NCBI RefSeq assembly: GCF_009914755.1
Contig: NC_060929.1
Direction: 5' to 3' (one strand)
From: the human T2T-CHM13v2.0 reference genome, Homo sapiens
Length of the DNA: 64,000 bases
A model generated the notes under the pieces. It did no database searches. It was not told the origin of the DNA and saw nothing but the letters and a program-made list of their open reading frames with translations. The position numbers and the translations under genes are program-made. This document shows positions 27,861 to 50,492 of this stretch, piece after piece. Position 1 is the first letter of the stretch. Each line of letters begins with the position of its first letter.

Positions 27861-28312
27861 ATGATAGACACGTTTTTAACTTCTAAAAATATATGATCAT
27901 GATTGTGTCTGTGGAGACTTGCACATATACTAAATTTTAAACAATTAGAGATATTTGTTCATTACCACATTTTGGGAGTCATTATTTCCTCTATGAAGAG
28001 AGAAAGGAATTTGATACAAGTTCACAGGGGCTTCCAGTAGATTGAGACTTTTATTTCTAGCTGAGCTGCTGATGTATGAATTTTTTTTGTTATTATGACT
28101 TTCATATGTATTAAAAATAAAATGAAAAAACAAGGATTAGGTGAGGAACCTATACGTCTCTAATATGCAAAATACCACAGAAATAATGACTGTTGGGAAA
28201 TTAGGCCTTAGCTCTGATGTTTGAACCATCCCCTCAATGTTTCCCAGTGCTTCTTAGAGTATTTTGATCACCTCTGTGTTGGTGCTTTAGAACTAGAGAA
28301 GAACGTTTTGTT

Positions 28313-28600
<288 letters not shown>

Positions 28601-28975
28601 TTTTGTTAACTTTTAGTTTAAGTTCAGCAGTACACGTGCAGGTTTGTTATACAGGTAAACTCGTGTCATGGGGATTTGTTGTACAGGTTATGTTGTCACC
28701 CGGGTATTAAGCTTAGTACCCATTAGTTACTTTTCCTCAACCTCTCCGTTTTCCCACCCGCTACTCTCAGGTAGGTCCGAGTGTGTGGTGTTCTCCTCTA
28801 TGAGTCCATGTGTTCTTATCACTTGGCTCACATTTATAAATAAGAACATGCTGCATTTGTTTTTCTGTTCCTGCGTTAGTGGGAGCTGAGGATGGGTGGA
28901 GCTGAGGATAATGGTCTCCAGCTCCACCCATGTTCCTGCAAAGGACATGATCTTGTTCTTTTGTATGGATGAATA
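28601..28975 (-). mobile_element. L1PA (older primate subfamily) 3' end
   Basis: GTGCAGGTTTGTTATACAGGTAAAC, CCATGTGTTCTTATCA; minus ORF MSFAGTWVELETIILS resembles the L1 sequence just downstream of ORF2. Confidence 0.85.
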
Positions 28976-29056
28976 CTATAAAGTCTTCCAAACTGTTTTG
29001 GTTTTGGTTTGTTTTCTTTCTTGAGAAAGGAAAGACAAAACAGAAATAAAAGAGTA

Positions 29057-29358
29057 GGCCGAGCGGGGTGGCTCACGCCTGTAATCCCAGCACTTTAGGA
29101 GGCTGAGGCAGATGGATCACTAGGGGTCAGGAGTTTGAGACCAGCCTGAACAACATGGTGAAATCCCGTCTCCACTAAAAATACAAAAAATCAGTCAGGC
29201 ATGGTGGCACATGCCTGTAATTCCAGCTACTAGGGAGGCTGAGGCAGGAGAATCGCTTGAATCTGGGAGGCAATGGGTTGCAGGGTGTGCTGGGATGGCA
29301 CCACAGCCTGGGTGAAAGAGTGAGACTCTGTCTCAAAAAAAAATAATAAAATAAAAAA
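29057..29358 (+). mobile_element. Alu
   Basis: GGCCGAGCGGGGTGGCTCACGCC...A-tail; AAAGAGTA on both flanks. Confidence 0.95.
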
Positions 29359-30040
29359 GGGAGAGAGAAAGAGTACCAATGTATGGCAGAAATCAAGAGA
29401 AGAGTTTGCTTTTTTGAATAACTACACCCTGGACATTAGTTTCAAGAAACCGTCTGCTGGAAATATAACTATATGTTTAAGTTGACGGATCATTATTACA
29501 CGTAGCAGAAAGAAAGTCACTCCTTGCTAGAAAGCCCTGTGTAGGTCATTAGGCATCACAGTGTGGAGTTAACTAAGCAAGCACCAAGGTAGGATATCTG
29601 AATAACTGATTTATTTCCATGTTTACTGACAATATTCATTGCAACAAGTCAGTAGAGAAACAGTAAAGAGGGCAGGCATGGCTATGCTTCTATAGAATCT
29701 AGTGAAGAGGAGATAATTTCAAATAACCCAAGAAGGTAAATGAGTAGTCAAATTTTCAAAAGGACTATTAACTCACAAACAGGAAACTATAATAGAAAAT
29801 AGTTGGTTGAAGGCAGAATGCCCAGTTCAGAAAAGATTCCTCTGAAAAGCAATATATAAGCATAGACTTCGAGGATGAAGAGTCACTCATTTTGAAAGAG
29901 CAGATGAAGAAAGTTTCAGGACAAAGAAACAGCCATCTGCAAAGACCTCAACAAAGATATCACACAGAAAATGCTGTATTTAATCTGTTGCTAGACAAAA
30001 GTGAGCTACGGATCACATGGTCTTGGATGAGGGAGACAGA

Positions 30041-30396
30041 TGATATAGTTTGGATGTCCCGCCCAAATCTCATGTTGAAACCAGATCCCCAGTGCTGAAG
30101 GTGGAGCTTGGTGGGAAGTGTTTGGATCATGAGGTCGAATCCTTCGTGACTTGGTGCTGTCTCCATGGTAGTGCACCTACCCCAACACACTCTCTCTCTC
30201 TTGTTCCTGCTTTCACCATGTGAAGTGCCTGCTCCTGCTTTGCCTTCTGTCATGAGTAAAAGCTCCCTGAGGCCTCTCCAGAAGAAGATGCCACTGTGCT
30301 TCCTGTACAGCCTGCAGGACTGTGAGTCAATTAAACATTTTTATAATATCCAGTCTCAGATATTTCTTCATAGCAATACAAGAACAGCCTAATATA
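30041..30396 (+). mobile_element. MSTA/MSTB-type solo LTR
   Basis: TGATATAGTTTGGATGTCCC...GCCTAATATA; target-site duplication ACAGA at 30036-30040 and 30397-30401. Confidence 0.9.
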
Positions 30397-30435
30397 ACAG
30401 ATAAGCAGGGACTAAAGTCATCAAAATTAGAATTG

Positions 30436-30490
30436 TGCATTTAATTTTGATTGCATTTAATTTTCATTGCATTTAATTTTGATTGCATTG
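30436..30490. repeat. 16-bp tandem repeat (TGCATTTAATTTTGAT) x ~3.3
   Basis: Direct reading. Confidence 0.85.
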
Positions 30491-30899
30491 AAAAGGCAGA
30501 TGCTTTGAGGCTAGAATGAGGTAATAACTGTTTTGTTTTGTTTTGTTTTGTTTGCTCTTAACAAATTAGTCTGACTTCAGTCCATAGTAAATTGGAGAGG
30601 AACTGGTAGAACATAAAAGAACTGGTAAAAAGCCATTGTAAACACTCAAGTTTCAAAAACAATTTTGTGGTAAGGGCAAATCCTCAGGTCAAGAAAAGTG
30701 TGTTACTAAATTCCGTTAGTTTCCAGAAGAAAGATAAAGTCATATGACACAGATTTTACTCCTTACGTTAGAGAGTGTGCTAAGGATACCACCCACATTT
30801 TCCAACATTTATTTCCATCATGTTTTATGATCTTCATCTATATTCCATCCTCGTTATTTCTAGCAAGTCTATGAAATTTCTTACATTAATAGAAATAAT

Positions 30900-31900
30900 G
30901 TATTAATATTCAGCAATGTGCTAAACATTGTTGAAACATTGTCTCAATATTACTCTTGGAAGAGCTCTAAGGTAGACAATATTTCCAATATATGAGTCAT
31001 GAGGAAACTGAGGAATGGAAAGATTAAACAACTTGTTGAGGGTAGCATAATTGTAAATGGTGAAGACATAATACAAATCCTAATATCTATGACTCTAATG
31101 CTTTAAAAAATCATTATATACACTACGCTGTCTCTGATGTGTGAATCTACCCACTTCTAATTCATTATAACAAGTATTTGTTGCCAGGTAGCATTCTAGG
31201 CTTTGGGGATACATCTTTGGAAAAGCTTACAGAAATCTCTGTCCTCAGGGAACTAATATTCTAGGGACTATACAATAAACAATAAGCAAAAATGTAACAT
31301 GTATAGTGTGTTAGACTGTAGTAAGTACAATGGCAAAAAATTAAGAATGGAGAATGTCTAAGGGGACAGATTGTTTGGAATTTGAATAAAGTGGCTATGG
31401 AAAACCTCACTGGGATAATGGCATCTGACCAAAAGCATGAGGAAGATATAGAACAAACCGTATCTGTTGCATGTTTAGTAATAACCAAGAAAATACTGTA
31501 CGTGAAGCTGAGTGAGAAAATTACATAGTGGAAGGAGGGAAGTCCATAGAAGAATTGGGGGCTTCATGTGGTGGAGCATCTATAAAGCATTGTGCAAGAT
31601 TCTGACTTTTACAATGAATGAAACGAGAGATCAGAGTTTTACACAGAAGAAGGTAATAACCTGATACATGTTTTAAAGTGATTATACAAATTGCTCTTTT
31701 GAGGATGTACTGAAGGGTGCCTTACGCAGAATCAGAAACACCTGTTTGCTGGCCATTTCAATAACCTGGGCAATAAATGATGGTGGTTAGCACCAGGATG
31801 CTAGTGGTGAAAGTAGCAAAAATGATCAGAATTGAGCTGCATTTTGAACATACAGTTAATAAGTTCTGTGGCATGACAGAAAAATGATTCCATAATATTT
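30900..31900. mobile_element. Degenerate MIR and L2 fragments
   Basis: ATGAGGAAACTGAGG (MIR core) near 31000; L2-like motifs 31170-31850. Confidence 0.5.
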
Positions 31901-34900
31901 CTATTGAGCAACCTTGTTGATGTGATATTCAAACTAAGTCCTAATATTAAACAATGTAGGAATTTCAATGAAAATATGACCAAAGGGAGAAAATGGCTCC
32001 CAACCTACTGTAATTAAAGTTCCCTTCTGTTGTTTTAAAATGCTACTATGGATAGAGAAAACAAGATATGGATTTGGAAGAAAATTACCCACAGTCTAAT
32101 TGTCAGATTTATTGACTTAAAGATGTTACATGGCAATAAAGTTGAAAGAAAAATAAGAAGAAATTCTAAAAGCCAGCATGTTAGATTTATTCCCTCCACA
32201 AAAAGAATTGCTAATATTTATAAAGTGAGATAATAGGCCAAATACTTGTACTTGGCATAATTGCATTTTCTCAACAAATCCTATATAATCAACATTGTTT
32301 TATTTGTATATGTGTGAAAAATCATGACACCTGCAGTTTAAGTTACATTTGTATGAAACAGTCAATATGTGGCAGAGCCAGAATAAAGCCCACGTTTAGA
32401 TTAAAGGAATTCTCTTTCCATTGCACCCACCCGTATTGCCTGTGGAAACCCTAAACAAGCCATTTAAATTTGTTGGAATTCCGTTTTTCAACTTTTTAAA
32501 ACCTCTTAAGAGTCCAGTCCTAAATCAAGTTAATGTTTAAATTCTTCACTTATGCTTAGTATGTACATTATTCCAAAATGTGAATTGGTCCCAAATATCA
32601 TATTCATTCTAACAGAGGACATTAAAAGTTTAAAAGATATCTGTTATATGGCTGAACTGATTATATTTTATCGGAAAGTGAAAGGAACTGAAAGGAACTA
32701 CTCAGCATATTTCTAATGAGTATACAGAGGAAAAGTACTTTGCCTCATTTAATTTTGTAAAATCTCTCTCTGGCACATAATTCACAGTCTTTTTTTGCCC
32801 ACAGGAATAGTGAGGCAGATATGTATTAATTCATGTCATAATACAAGAATAGGTAGCGATAAAACACTGGCATTTTCCAAATTGCCAGTATAAAGAATTG
32901 CCAGAAGAACATGGGTATTAGCTTCAGATTCGCCAAGGGGTTAACATTTATGTTATCTGTTAAATATGAATTATGTATTAACTTCTCATATTTCATATAT
33001 AAAACTTTATGCTTTGGTCCTGTTCCTCGGGATGACCTTGATGTAATCAGAAATAATAGTGTTCTTTACCAAAGACATTAATCAATAACTTTATAATACG
33101 AAGCACTATGAATATTTAATGGCTTCAGCTTGAATAATTCAAATCCCGTATTACTAAAAAATAAAGTCAGTTGAGTGACTGAGAGTTCCATATTCCACAA
33201 TTCCTACTCTGCTTACTACCTATTCTATTTACTATTCTCTTTACTATTTGAGAAGGGTATGGAGTTGTGTATGTTGCAAACATCACGTAACTTTTGTTCG
33301 ACTTTCTTGAACACGTCATATTATTTTTTTTAGTTCATTTTCTGAATATAAGTAATTTTTGGTGAATTAATACTTTAAACAAGAGTTCACCTGGAAAGCA
33401 GTAGGCAAAATTTCATTAAAAATATTATTTTATTAACATACCTTAAAAATGTAATAGGACAATGCCTCAAAGAACAATTTCAAAATAAAAACACAGAAAA
33501 CAAATGACCAGCAAAATTGCTCTGAAGTCTTAAAAACAGAAATAAATACTTCAATAATCATAGGTAATATGGAAATCCAATGTATGACTTACCTATAGAA
33601 AACCCTTCTGGAATTTCATTTAAATCTAACGTCAATATGAGCTATGTAGGAAGTCCATTAATAAATAAGAATATTATATAGGTACACATGTATATATTAA
33701 TTTTAAGCCATATGCAGCCCTATTTGAAAATGTTAAAAAAAATCATCAGGATTAGTCCATACTGATTATTAAAAAATAAAATTGTCACTGCTCATTGTAG
33801 AAGATAAATGTCAGCTGTGCAGCAGATGTGTTTATAGCCACCCAGTAATCCTATCGCCTCAATAATGCATTTCCCTTTTTTTAGTTAAAAACTTAATTAC
33901 ATTAAGAAACTGTATGTGTTTAGGAATATGAATATAGAAGGAGTAATCATCGTTTAGTAAAATAAGTTTTACTTGCATATTAAAATTTACTGTGTTTGTG
34001 AAGATGCTGATAGTACATTACATATGGAGATCCAAGTGCACATAGTCACTAATTCTTTAAACTATGTTTGATATTAGTAATAATTTACTTTACATATATA
34101 TCGGAATTTAATTGAAAAATAGTAAATGACTGCTAATATACATTATTCTTCTGAGTTGCATTTTTGCTTAATGAAATAGAATTTTTAAAAAAATTGTTTA
34201 TCTTTATTCCTACTAGATTATACATTTCATGAGAAAAGCATTATCTCTTTATTAGTATATTTGTTTACCTGTATTAGAACTTGACTTTGAAATAAACCAG
34301 ATATAATACCATTGTTGTAGATGTATTTATTGTAGTAAAAATAATATTCTGCATCTGAGTTTTGAGCAAGGAGATTTTACAGTCTCCTTTCAGTTAGAAA
34401 ACTACAAGACCCTCTTAACTGATGTTGGAAATGTAAGTAAAGAAGATAAAAATTAAAATGATAAAGAAAAGCATTTGGGGTATAGTAGCACTGTGCTTCC
34501 CAGGAGAATGAGTTGTTAAGTGCTCACTCCGCATTTTTCAGTAACATATACTTAAAGTAAGCACACAGGGGCTACAGACGCTATTTTTTGGTTCAACATG
34601 ACCTGAGCAGTTAATTATTTGTAAAGGGAAGAAGCAAGAATAGGCTCAGGGAGGGAGACAGAGAAAGACTGGGTAGGGCGGGGAGGGAGGGAGAGTTTCA
34701 CCTGTATCTAAAACAGATCAGAAGCAATTTCTTCCTCCAACTCCTCACTTGTCTATTTCTACTAATAAAGAGCAAAACCAGACAAAATAGATTATTGTGT
34801 CATTTTTGTTTTCTTATTTTGTAATACACAGAAAAACTCAAGCTGGAGACGGAAATGAACAGATGCACATGGCTGGAAAGACTCAGTGCTAATCTCTACA

Positions 34901-36049
34901 ATGTTGTTTTAATAGAATGGAGACAGGACCACATACTTTCTTACAATAATGAGGATCAATAAAGACAAAACTGACACTTTGTAATGAATAATGATCTGAA
35001 CACTCACCTGAGAAAGTATCTCTTTGTTGCAGGTTTTTGGAAATGGGCTATATTTTTTGAATCATAACCGATATGTACTGCCATAAACAAGAGGATTTCA
35101 AGCCAGCTCCATCTGGTCGAAAATTATTTTATTTATTACTAAGAGAAAAGTGTAAGACAAGTCCTGTGGTAAAAACAGATTTATTGCCTCTGCTATTCAC
35201 CTGTGTTATTTCTTCATATATTACCATTGACATATATTATCCATTCTTCACAGCAATGGCTTTGCCGTGGCAAATTAAATATCTCATTGTCCTTCTCTGT
35301 CCATTTTACATTATAATGTTTCTGAGCAGACTTTTATAGCTCTCTCACAGAATTATAGCAAGTCTTTAAATAAAAACAAAATTGAAACAAAAATTTTAGA
35401 CTCAACTTAAAATCCCTCTTTATTTTATAATTTGGATTTTTAAGTAAAATATGCTATATCCTATTTAACGAGAACTTTCATATGTAATGTATCAATGGAA
35501 TTATCTAAAGCTCATTTGGTTTTGCATAAAAACACAATTAGAGTAAAAACATTCTAAAATAGACACTGGAATAAAAACAATGAAAGCAAAACTATTAATT
35601 TTACATTTTTCATTCAAGTATTTTGATTTTTACTATATTATATTATTATATTAGGTATCAGAGTAATCATTGATCGCTTTCAAAACCCTGCTCCTTTCTA
35701 GGTGCAATGAAGAATTTTTATTTTATTGAAAAGTTATCTTAAGATGTAAGACTTGTGAATGATAGTAAAGATTTAGTAGACCCAATGTATTCTCAGATAA
35801 ATGTAAAATAAGCAAGATATGAATTAAAGGATAAATATAGAGTTTAACAGCATAGATCTTAAAATCCATTATCATAAGGTAGAAGGATGTATAATTTATC
35901 ATGATTAAAATATACTAAATATTCATATCACAGCATTCTGATTTCTGATATCTACAATTTAGGTGACATATATACATATGTGTGTATGTATATATAACTG
36001 TATTATTTGATATTTTAAAAGATAAAAGAGTTATATATTCAAATACCAG

Positions 36050-36285
36050 TATAGATGTTGCTCTGAAAGTATTGTTAGATGAGATTAACATGAAAATCAG
36101 TAATTTCTGAGAAAAGCAGATTATTTTCCAAAATATTGTAGGGCTCATCCAGTCAATTGATTATATTAAAAGACTGAGATCCCTCAAGGAAATAATTCTG
36201 CCTGCAGATTGCCTTTCGACTTGAGACTGTAACATCAACTTTTCTCTAGGTCTCTTGCTTGCTAGCCTACCCTGCCAATTTTTTA
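36050..36285. mobile_element. MLT2-type LTR fragment
   Basis: AGATGAGATTAACAT...AATTCTGCCTGCAGATTGCCTTTCGACTTG...GCCTACCCTGC motifs. Confidence 0.6.
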
Positions 36286-36840
36286 TACATTAAAAAATAT
36301 TTTTCTCAAATATTGTAGTTCTGCTATTTCCAGAAACGCTTGAGGATTGTACTTCCAAGTTCTTTTAAAGTTGATCATCGTCATGAAACTCATCATCAAA
36401 TGGCATTTGAGCAAAATCTTTATTAATTAAACATGAGTGGAAGTTTAAAGGCCAAAGCACAACTCACTCAGGCATTGTGAACTATGTGTGCAGACAGATC
36501 ACAACTCATCCTTGGTCTCTGGGTGTGTCTGCGTCTATTACTGACTTACCCTGGATATGTAAAATGAATAAGAAAAACTTTTTGTGTTAGCCACTGGGAT
36601 TTTTGGTTTGTGTATTACTTTAGCATATTATCTCATTTTGAATGCTATAGTTTAGGACACTAGTTTAAACTACTGAAGTTAAAATGTTCTCCTTATTTCA
36701 GAGGAGAGAAGGATCTTACAGTGACAGACATCCATTAGTAAGAATTAATTTCTAGAGATAAAGTGAATTCAGTAACCACAGTGTCAGTAGAGTCAGCATG
36801 GTCAAAATAGTCTACATGGGAAATGTTTGGTGGCTCTTAG

Positions 36841-38302
<1,462 letters not shown>

Positions 38303-38771
38303 TAAATGCTGCCATATTCAAGACGCGTTGAAACTCACCTGTATTCGATGAGCCTGCTTTTCGCAAATGAGTAACATAAAACAGACTGAAATACCTTAAG
38401 CTTCTCAGCCTTTTACCCTCCTCTGGAATAATGAGTGTATCCCAAAAGTAAATCCATAATGAGGTCCAGTTTTTCCTTCATCCTTGGCTATGAAATAGAC
38501 AAGAAAAAGGCAAGCTAGCCATTTCCATCTCACTATAGCAGACTCTCATGTTTGCTTTTTGACCGTACGTGGGAAGCGGGGGCCTGACTGCTTTCCTACT
38601 TCCTAAGCACAACTTACTTTTCCTAGGAAATTCTCAACACAACCTACATGGATTAAACCAGGTTCCCCCCTTTGTTTCCAATATTCTTACAGCCAAAATG
38701 TCCAGAATGGGCAAGGCAACCTGAAAAAATGAGGACGGGTACATTATCCCATGCGCTAAACTGCCACTTAC

Positions 38772-38907
38772 ACTGGTTAGTCATGAAATCGGCAAAATTC
38801 CAGATGAGCTCTCCAACCACGTATTTTCTGCGTTTTTGATCCAGACCCAGATGGCACTGCTCTAGCAGACTTTTCCGGTCCTCTTCACTGAACATCAGAG
38901 GTGGATC
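38772..38907 (-). pseudogene. GUSBP: GUSB exon 11 homolog (136 nt)
   Basis: CAG|GATCCACCT...AACCAGT|GTAAGT; [45 protein letters not shown]. Confidence 0.95.
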
Positions 38908-39066
38908 CTGGGATTCAAGGCAAAGAGAATTAAGAGTAAGAACTGGCAGAATTGTAAATGTTAGATAAAAATAAAGATCCACTTGATGGTGACCAAAATA
39001 TCTGTCCTCACTGGGGGCTGTAGGGACTGCAGGACTCACTGATGCTAGGGTAAAGACAGCCAGGGA

Positions 39067-39387
39067 GAAATTGGAAATCATCATTCTCAGTAAACTATCG
39101 CAAGAACAAAAAAACAAACACCGCATATTCTCACTCATAGGTGGGAATTGAACGATGAGATCACATAGACACAGGAAGGGGAACATCACACTCTGGGGAC
39201 TGTTGTGGGGTGGGGGGAGGGGGGAGGGATAGCATTGGGAGATATACCTAATGCTAGATGACGAGTTAGTGGGTGCAGCACACCAGCATGGCACATGTAT
39301 ACGTATGTAACTAACCTGCACAATGTGCACATGTACGCTAAAACTTAAAGTATAATAATAATAATAAAAAAATACAAAAAAAGAAAC
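39067..39387 (+). mobile_element. Young 5'-truncated L1 (L1PA2-like) 3' end in the GUSB intron 10 homolog
   Basis: Near-consensus L1 3'UTR with G-tract and GATGACGAGTTAG; target-site duplication GACAGCCAGGGA at 39055-39066 and 39388-39399. Confidence 0.92.
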
Positions 39388-39563
39388 GACAGCCAGGGAA
39401 TGATGTAACCCAGAATTAAAAAGGAGGTTTAAAAAAAAACCATCAATTAGCAACTGCTTTATTTATAAATATAAACTGATACTCAATTTTTCTTACTTTT
39501 CCGTCTCTGTCTGCTGATACAGTCTTAAGGCTGAACTACACTAGAAGGAAAAATATGTCTTTA

Positions 39564-43110
<3,547 letters not shown>

Positions 43111-43384
43111 CACATAAAAATTTGGATTTCTTAGAAAGACCACTTGGGCACGGGTGATAGGAGGCTGTCTGGAAACAAGGCCAGTAAGGAGTCCACCTTT
43201 GAGGACCAAGCGAGTGGGGCAGAGGCCTGGCTGCTGGTGAGAAGGGAACGTGGACAGGGTAGCGGGAGGTGAGCCCAAAGCTGAAGCAAGGGGAGCACTG
43301 CAGTGGGCGCAGGGCAGGGTGGGGGAGGCAAGTGGCATCTCTGCCCAGAGAGAATACACAAGCAGAAAGTTCAACACCGCTTAC

Positions 43385-43559
43385 CTGGTGAAGCCTTACA
43401 AGCGTTTCCACTCCATACGCGCTCTGAATAATGGGATTGTGATGTCTTACACCAATTCTCAAACTGGGCGGCCAGCTGCAGCTGAATCAACTCCAGGTGC
43501 CCGTAGTTGCGATACCAAGAGTAGTAGCTGTTCACATGGATCACATCCACATACAGAGC
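43385..43559 (-). pseudogene. GUSBP: GUSB exon 10 homolog (175 nt; 2-nt deletion; catalytic Glu codon changed to Ala)
   Basis: TAG|GCTCTGTAT...CACCAG|GTAAGC; [38 protein letters not shown], then a frame switch to [18 protein letters not shown]. Confidence 0.93.
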
Positions 43560-43618
43560 CTAGGACCAGAGCAGCAGAGCCCGTTCAGCAACCACAAGAC
43601 CGCATGACTCAGTACTCA

Positions 43619-47593
<3,975 letters not shown>

Positions 47594-48012
47594 TAGCCTC
47601 AAGTTCCAAACCCACACTCTCCAATAGCCAGGCTCTCAGATGGGAAGCTTCAAAGCCTTGTGACAGCCTGGCTGAACCTCTCCAGCCTGGGCCCTCCCTC
47701 CATTTCCTGCCCCGGAAACAGGCATCTCCTCTGGCCACCTCCCAAAGCCTGTCTGGAAGCCTCAGGCACCCGCTCCTGGAAGCCTGTACGATTCACAACA
47801 AACGGCCTGTCCACCCAGTCGTGCTGAGCACACCCCTATTCCCCCGAGCTCTGAATTGTCCTTTGCCCAGGCTAGGACAACATCTCAGAGCCTCTGCCTG
47901 CTGCAGACTCGGCTCAGCCCAAATCACTCCATGAAATTGGGGTGTGGCATCTGCCTCAAGGAGCATTTCTACAACCTCTGCTGCCTCTACCGCAAATGAA
48001 ACTGGCTCTCAC

Positions 48013-48104
48013 CCACTGGCTCTCGGTGACGGGCACAGTGCGGAGCCCCACAGGGAGTGTGTAGAAGTCAAAGGCCCCAGTGACTTCTGTGCAGTCAGCC
48101 GCAC
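48013..48104 (-). pseudogene. GUSBP: Truncated GUSB exon 6 homolog (5' part, 4-nt deletion) ending at a candidate new donor
   Basis: TAG|GTGCGGCTGACTGCACAGAAGTCACTGGGGCCT (VRLTAQKSLGP), then GACTTCTACACACTCCCTGTGGGG in a shifted frame; homology ends at GAGCCAGT. Confidence 0.85.
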
Positions 48105-48296
48105 CTACGACAGCCAAAGCGCCAGGTGTGAGCGCCCCGACAGCCTGAGCCCCATCTGGCCTGCCCTACAGCAGGAAGACCCCTCGTGCATGCACCCCAG
48201 AAGTCGCCACTGGGCCTGCAGAGAAGCAGCAATCAGAGGCTCTGCCCTTCACTGGCTGACCCTGGGACCTGCCCTTCAAAATCAGGCCTTCTCCTT

Positions 48297-48928
<632 letters not shown>

Positions 48929-49075
48929 AATCTGGGCCTCCCACCAAGGGTGGGAAACATCAGAAAGCTCAGAGGACCACACCTGCCCGTTCACCTGTCC
49001 TGGGCTCCTGCTGAAGCCAGGGCTACCAGATGGGGGCAAAAGACCTCCCTTACGCAAGTCCCAAACCACCATTAC

Positions 49076-49263
49076 CTCCCACGAGTACAGGGAGGCGGGG
49101 TGTTCGTGCATCAGGTACGGCCACCAGAGGTTGGCACCCAGCACCTTCAGCTGGCCCTGGGTCCCAGCCTGGTTGTCCACGACTTTGTTTTCTGCATTCA
49201 AAAGACACACTTCCAACTTGAACTGGTTACTGCACTTGACGGAGATCTGGTAATTCACCAGCC
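49076..49263 (-). pseudogene. GUSBP: GUSB exon 5 homolog (188 nt)
   Basis: CAG|GGCTGGTG...TGGGAG|GTAATG; [63 protein letters not shown]. Confidence 0.96.
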
Positions 49264-49372
49264 CTGCAGGAGGCAAGAGAGACCAGGGCTTAGGGAGGGA
49301 CATGACCTGGGTCACACAAACGGGAAGGCCCCACAATGACCACTCCCAGGCACTCTCATTTGCTTCTGTTGC

Positions 49373-49972
49373 TTTTTTTTTTTTTCTTTGAGATAGAATC
49401 TCGCTCTGTCACCCAGGCTGGAGTGCAGTGGCATGATCTGGACTCACTGAAACCTCTGCCTCCCAGGTTCAAGTGATTCTCCTGCCTCAGCCTCTGGAAT
49501 AGCTGGGATTACAGGCACCTGCCACCACATCCAGCTAATTTTTGTATTGTTAGTAGAGACGGGGTTTCACCACATTAGCCAGGATGGTCTTGATCTCCTG
49601 ACCTCGTGATCCGCCTGCCTCGGCCTCCCAAAGTGCTGGGATTACAGGCTTGAGCCACCGTGCCCGGCCCTGAACCAATGCGCCCAGCCCGCTTTTAATT
49701 TAATTTTTTAATTTTTTTTTTTTTTTTTTGAGATGGAGTCTCACTGTCACCCAGGCTGGAGTGTAGTGCTGCGATCCTGACTCGCTGCAACCTCCACCTC
49801 TGGAGTTCAGGTGATTCTCCTGCCTCAGCCTTCCGAGTACCTGGGAATACAGGAATGCACCACCATGCCCGGCGAATTTTTCTATTTTCAGTAGAGACGG
49901 AGTTTTGCCATGTTGGCCAGGCTGGTCTCGAACTCCTGAACTCAGGTGATCCACCCGCCTCAGTCTCCCAAT
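49373..49972 (-). mobile_element. Two antisense Alus (49373-49670; 49712-49972 truncated)
   Basis: Alu motifs; the second breaks off at CAGTCTCCCAA. Confidence 0.9.
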
Positions 49973-50492
49973 AGATTACATATATTATTAATGAATTGCT
50001 TCCTTTAACACCCTATTCATTGAATTTTCCAGTAAACCACAATTACTAATTACTCCTGAAATCAGAAAAGAGGTTAAAAAGATTTTATAACAGTATCCTA
50101 TGAAATCTACTACTTTCAAGTAATAGTAGTTGAATTACCAAAACCCGTCACTCAAGCCAATGACTACAATTAAGATATGAGTAACATTTCCTAGATAAAT
50201 AAAGTCAATTAATTATATTTGCATCTGGGAAATAGAGAAAGTACATATAAGCCATGATTTTGAAGTCAAAAGAGAGAGAATATTTGCCAAGGAGGGGTGA
50301 GTTATAGTATGTAATTATAACATACAGAAGTTTTTTGTATGCTGGTAACTAATTTTAATTTCCTACATTTTTATGTAGATTTCTGCTATTCTTGTCCTAT
50401 TTTCCTAATCATCTTTCTATATGAATGACTACATAATTCTGAGAATACCAAAAGAGACAGACACAGAACCAATCGGATTCCTTTCTTCTTGA

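Noticed and set aside
38653-39453. 266-aa minus-strand ORF as a novel gene
   Set aside because: Chance read-through of an antisense L1 3'UTR and intron into the GUSB exon 11 homolog
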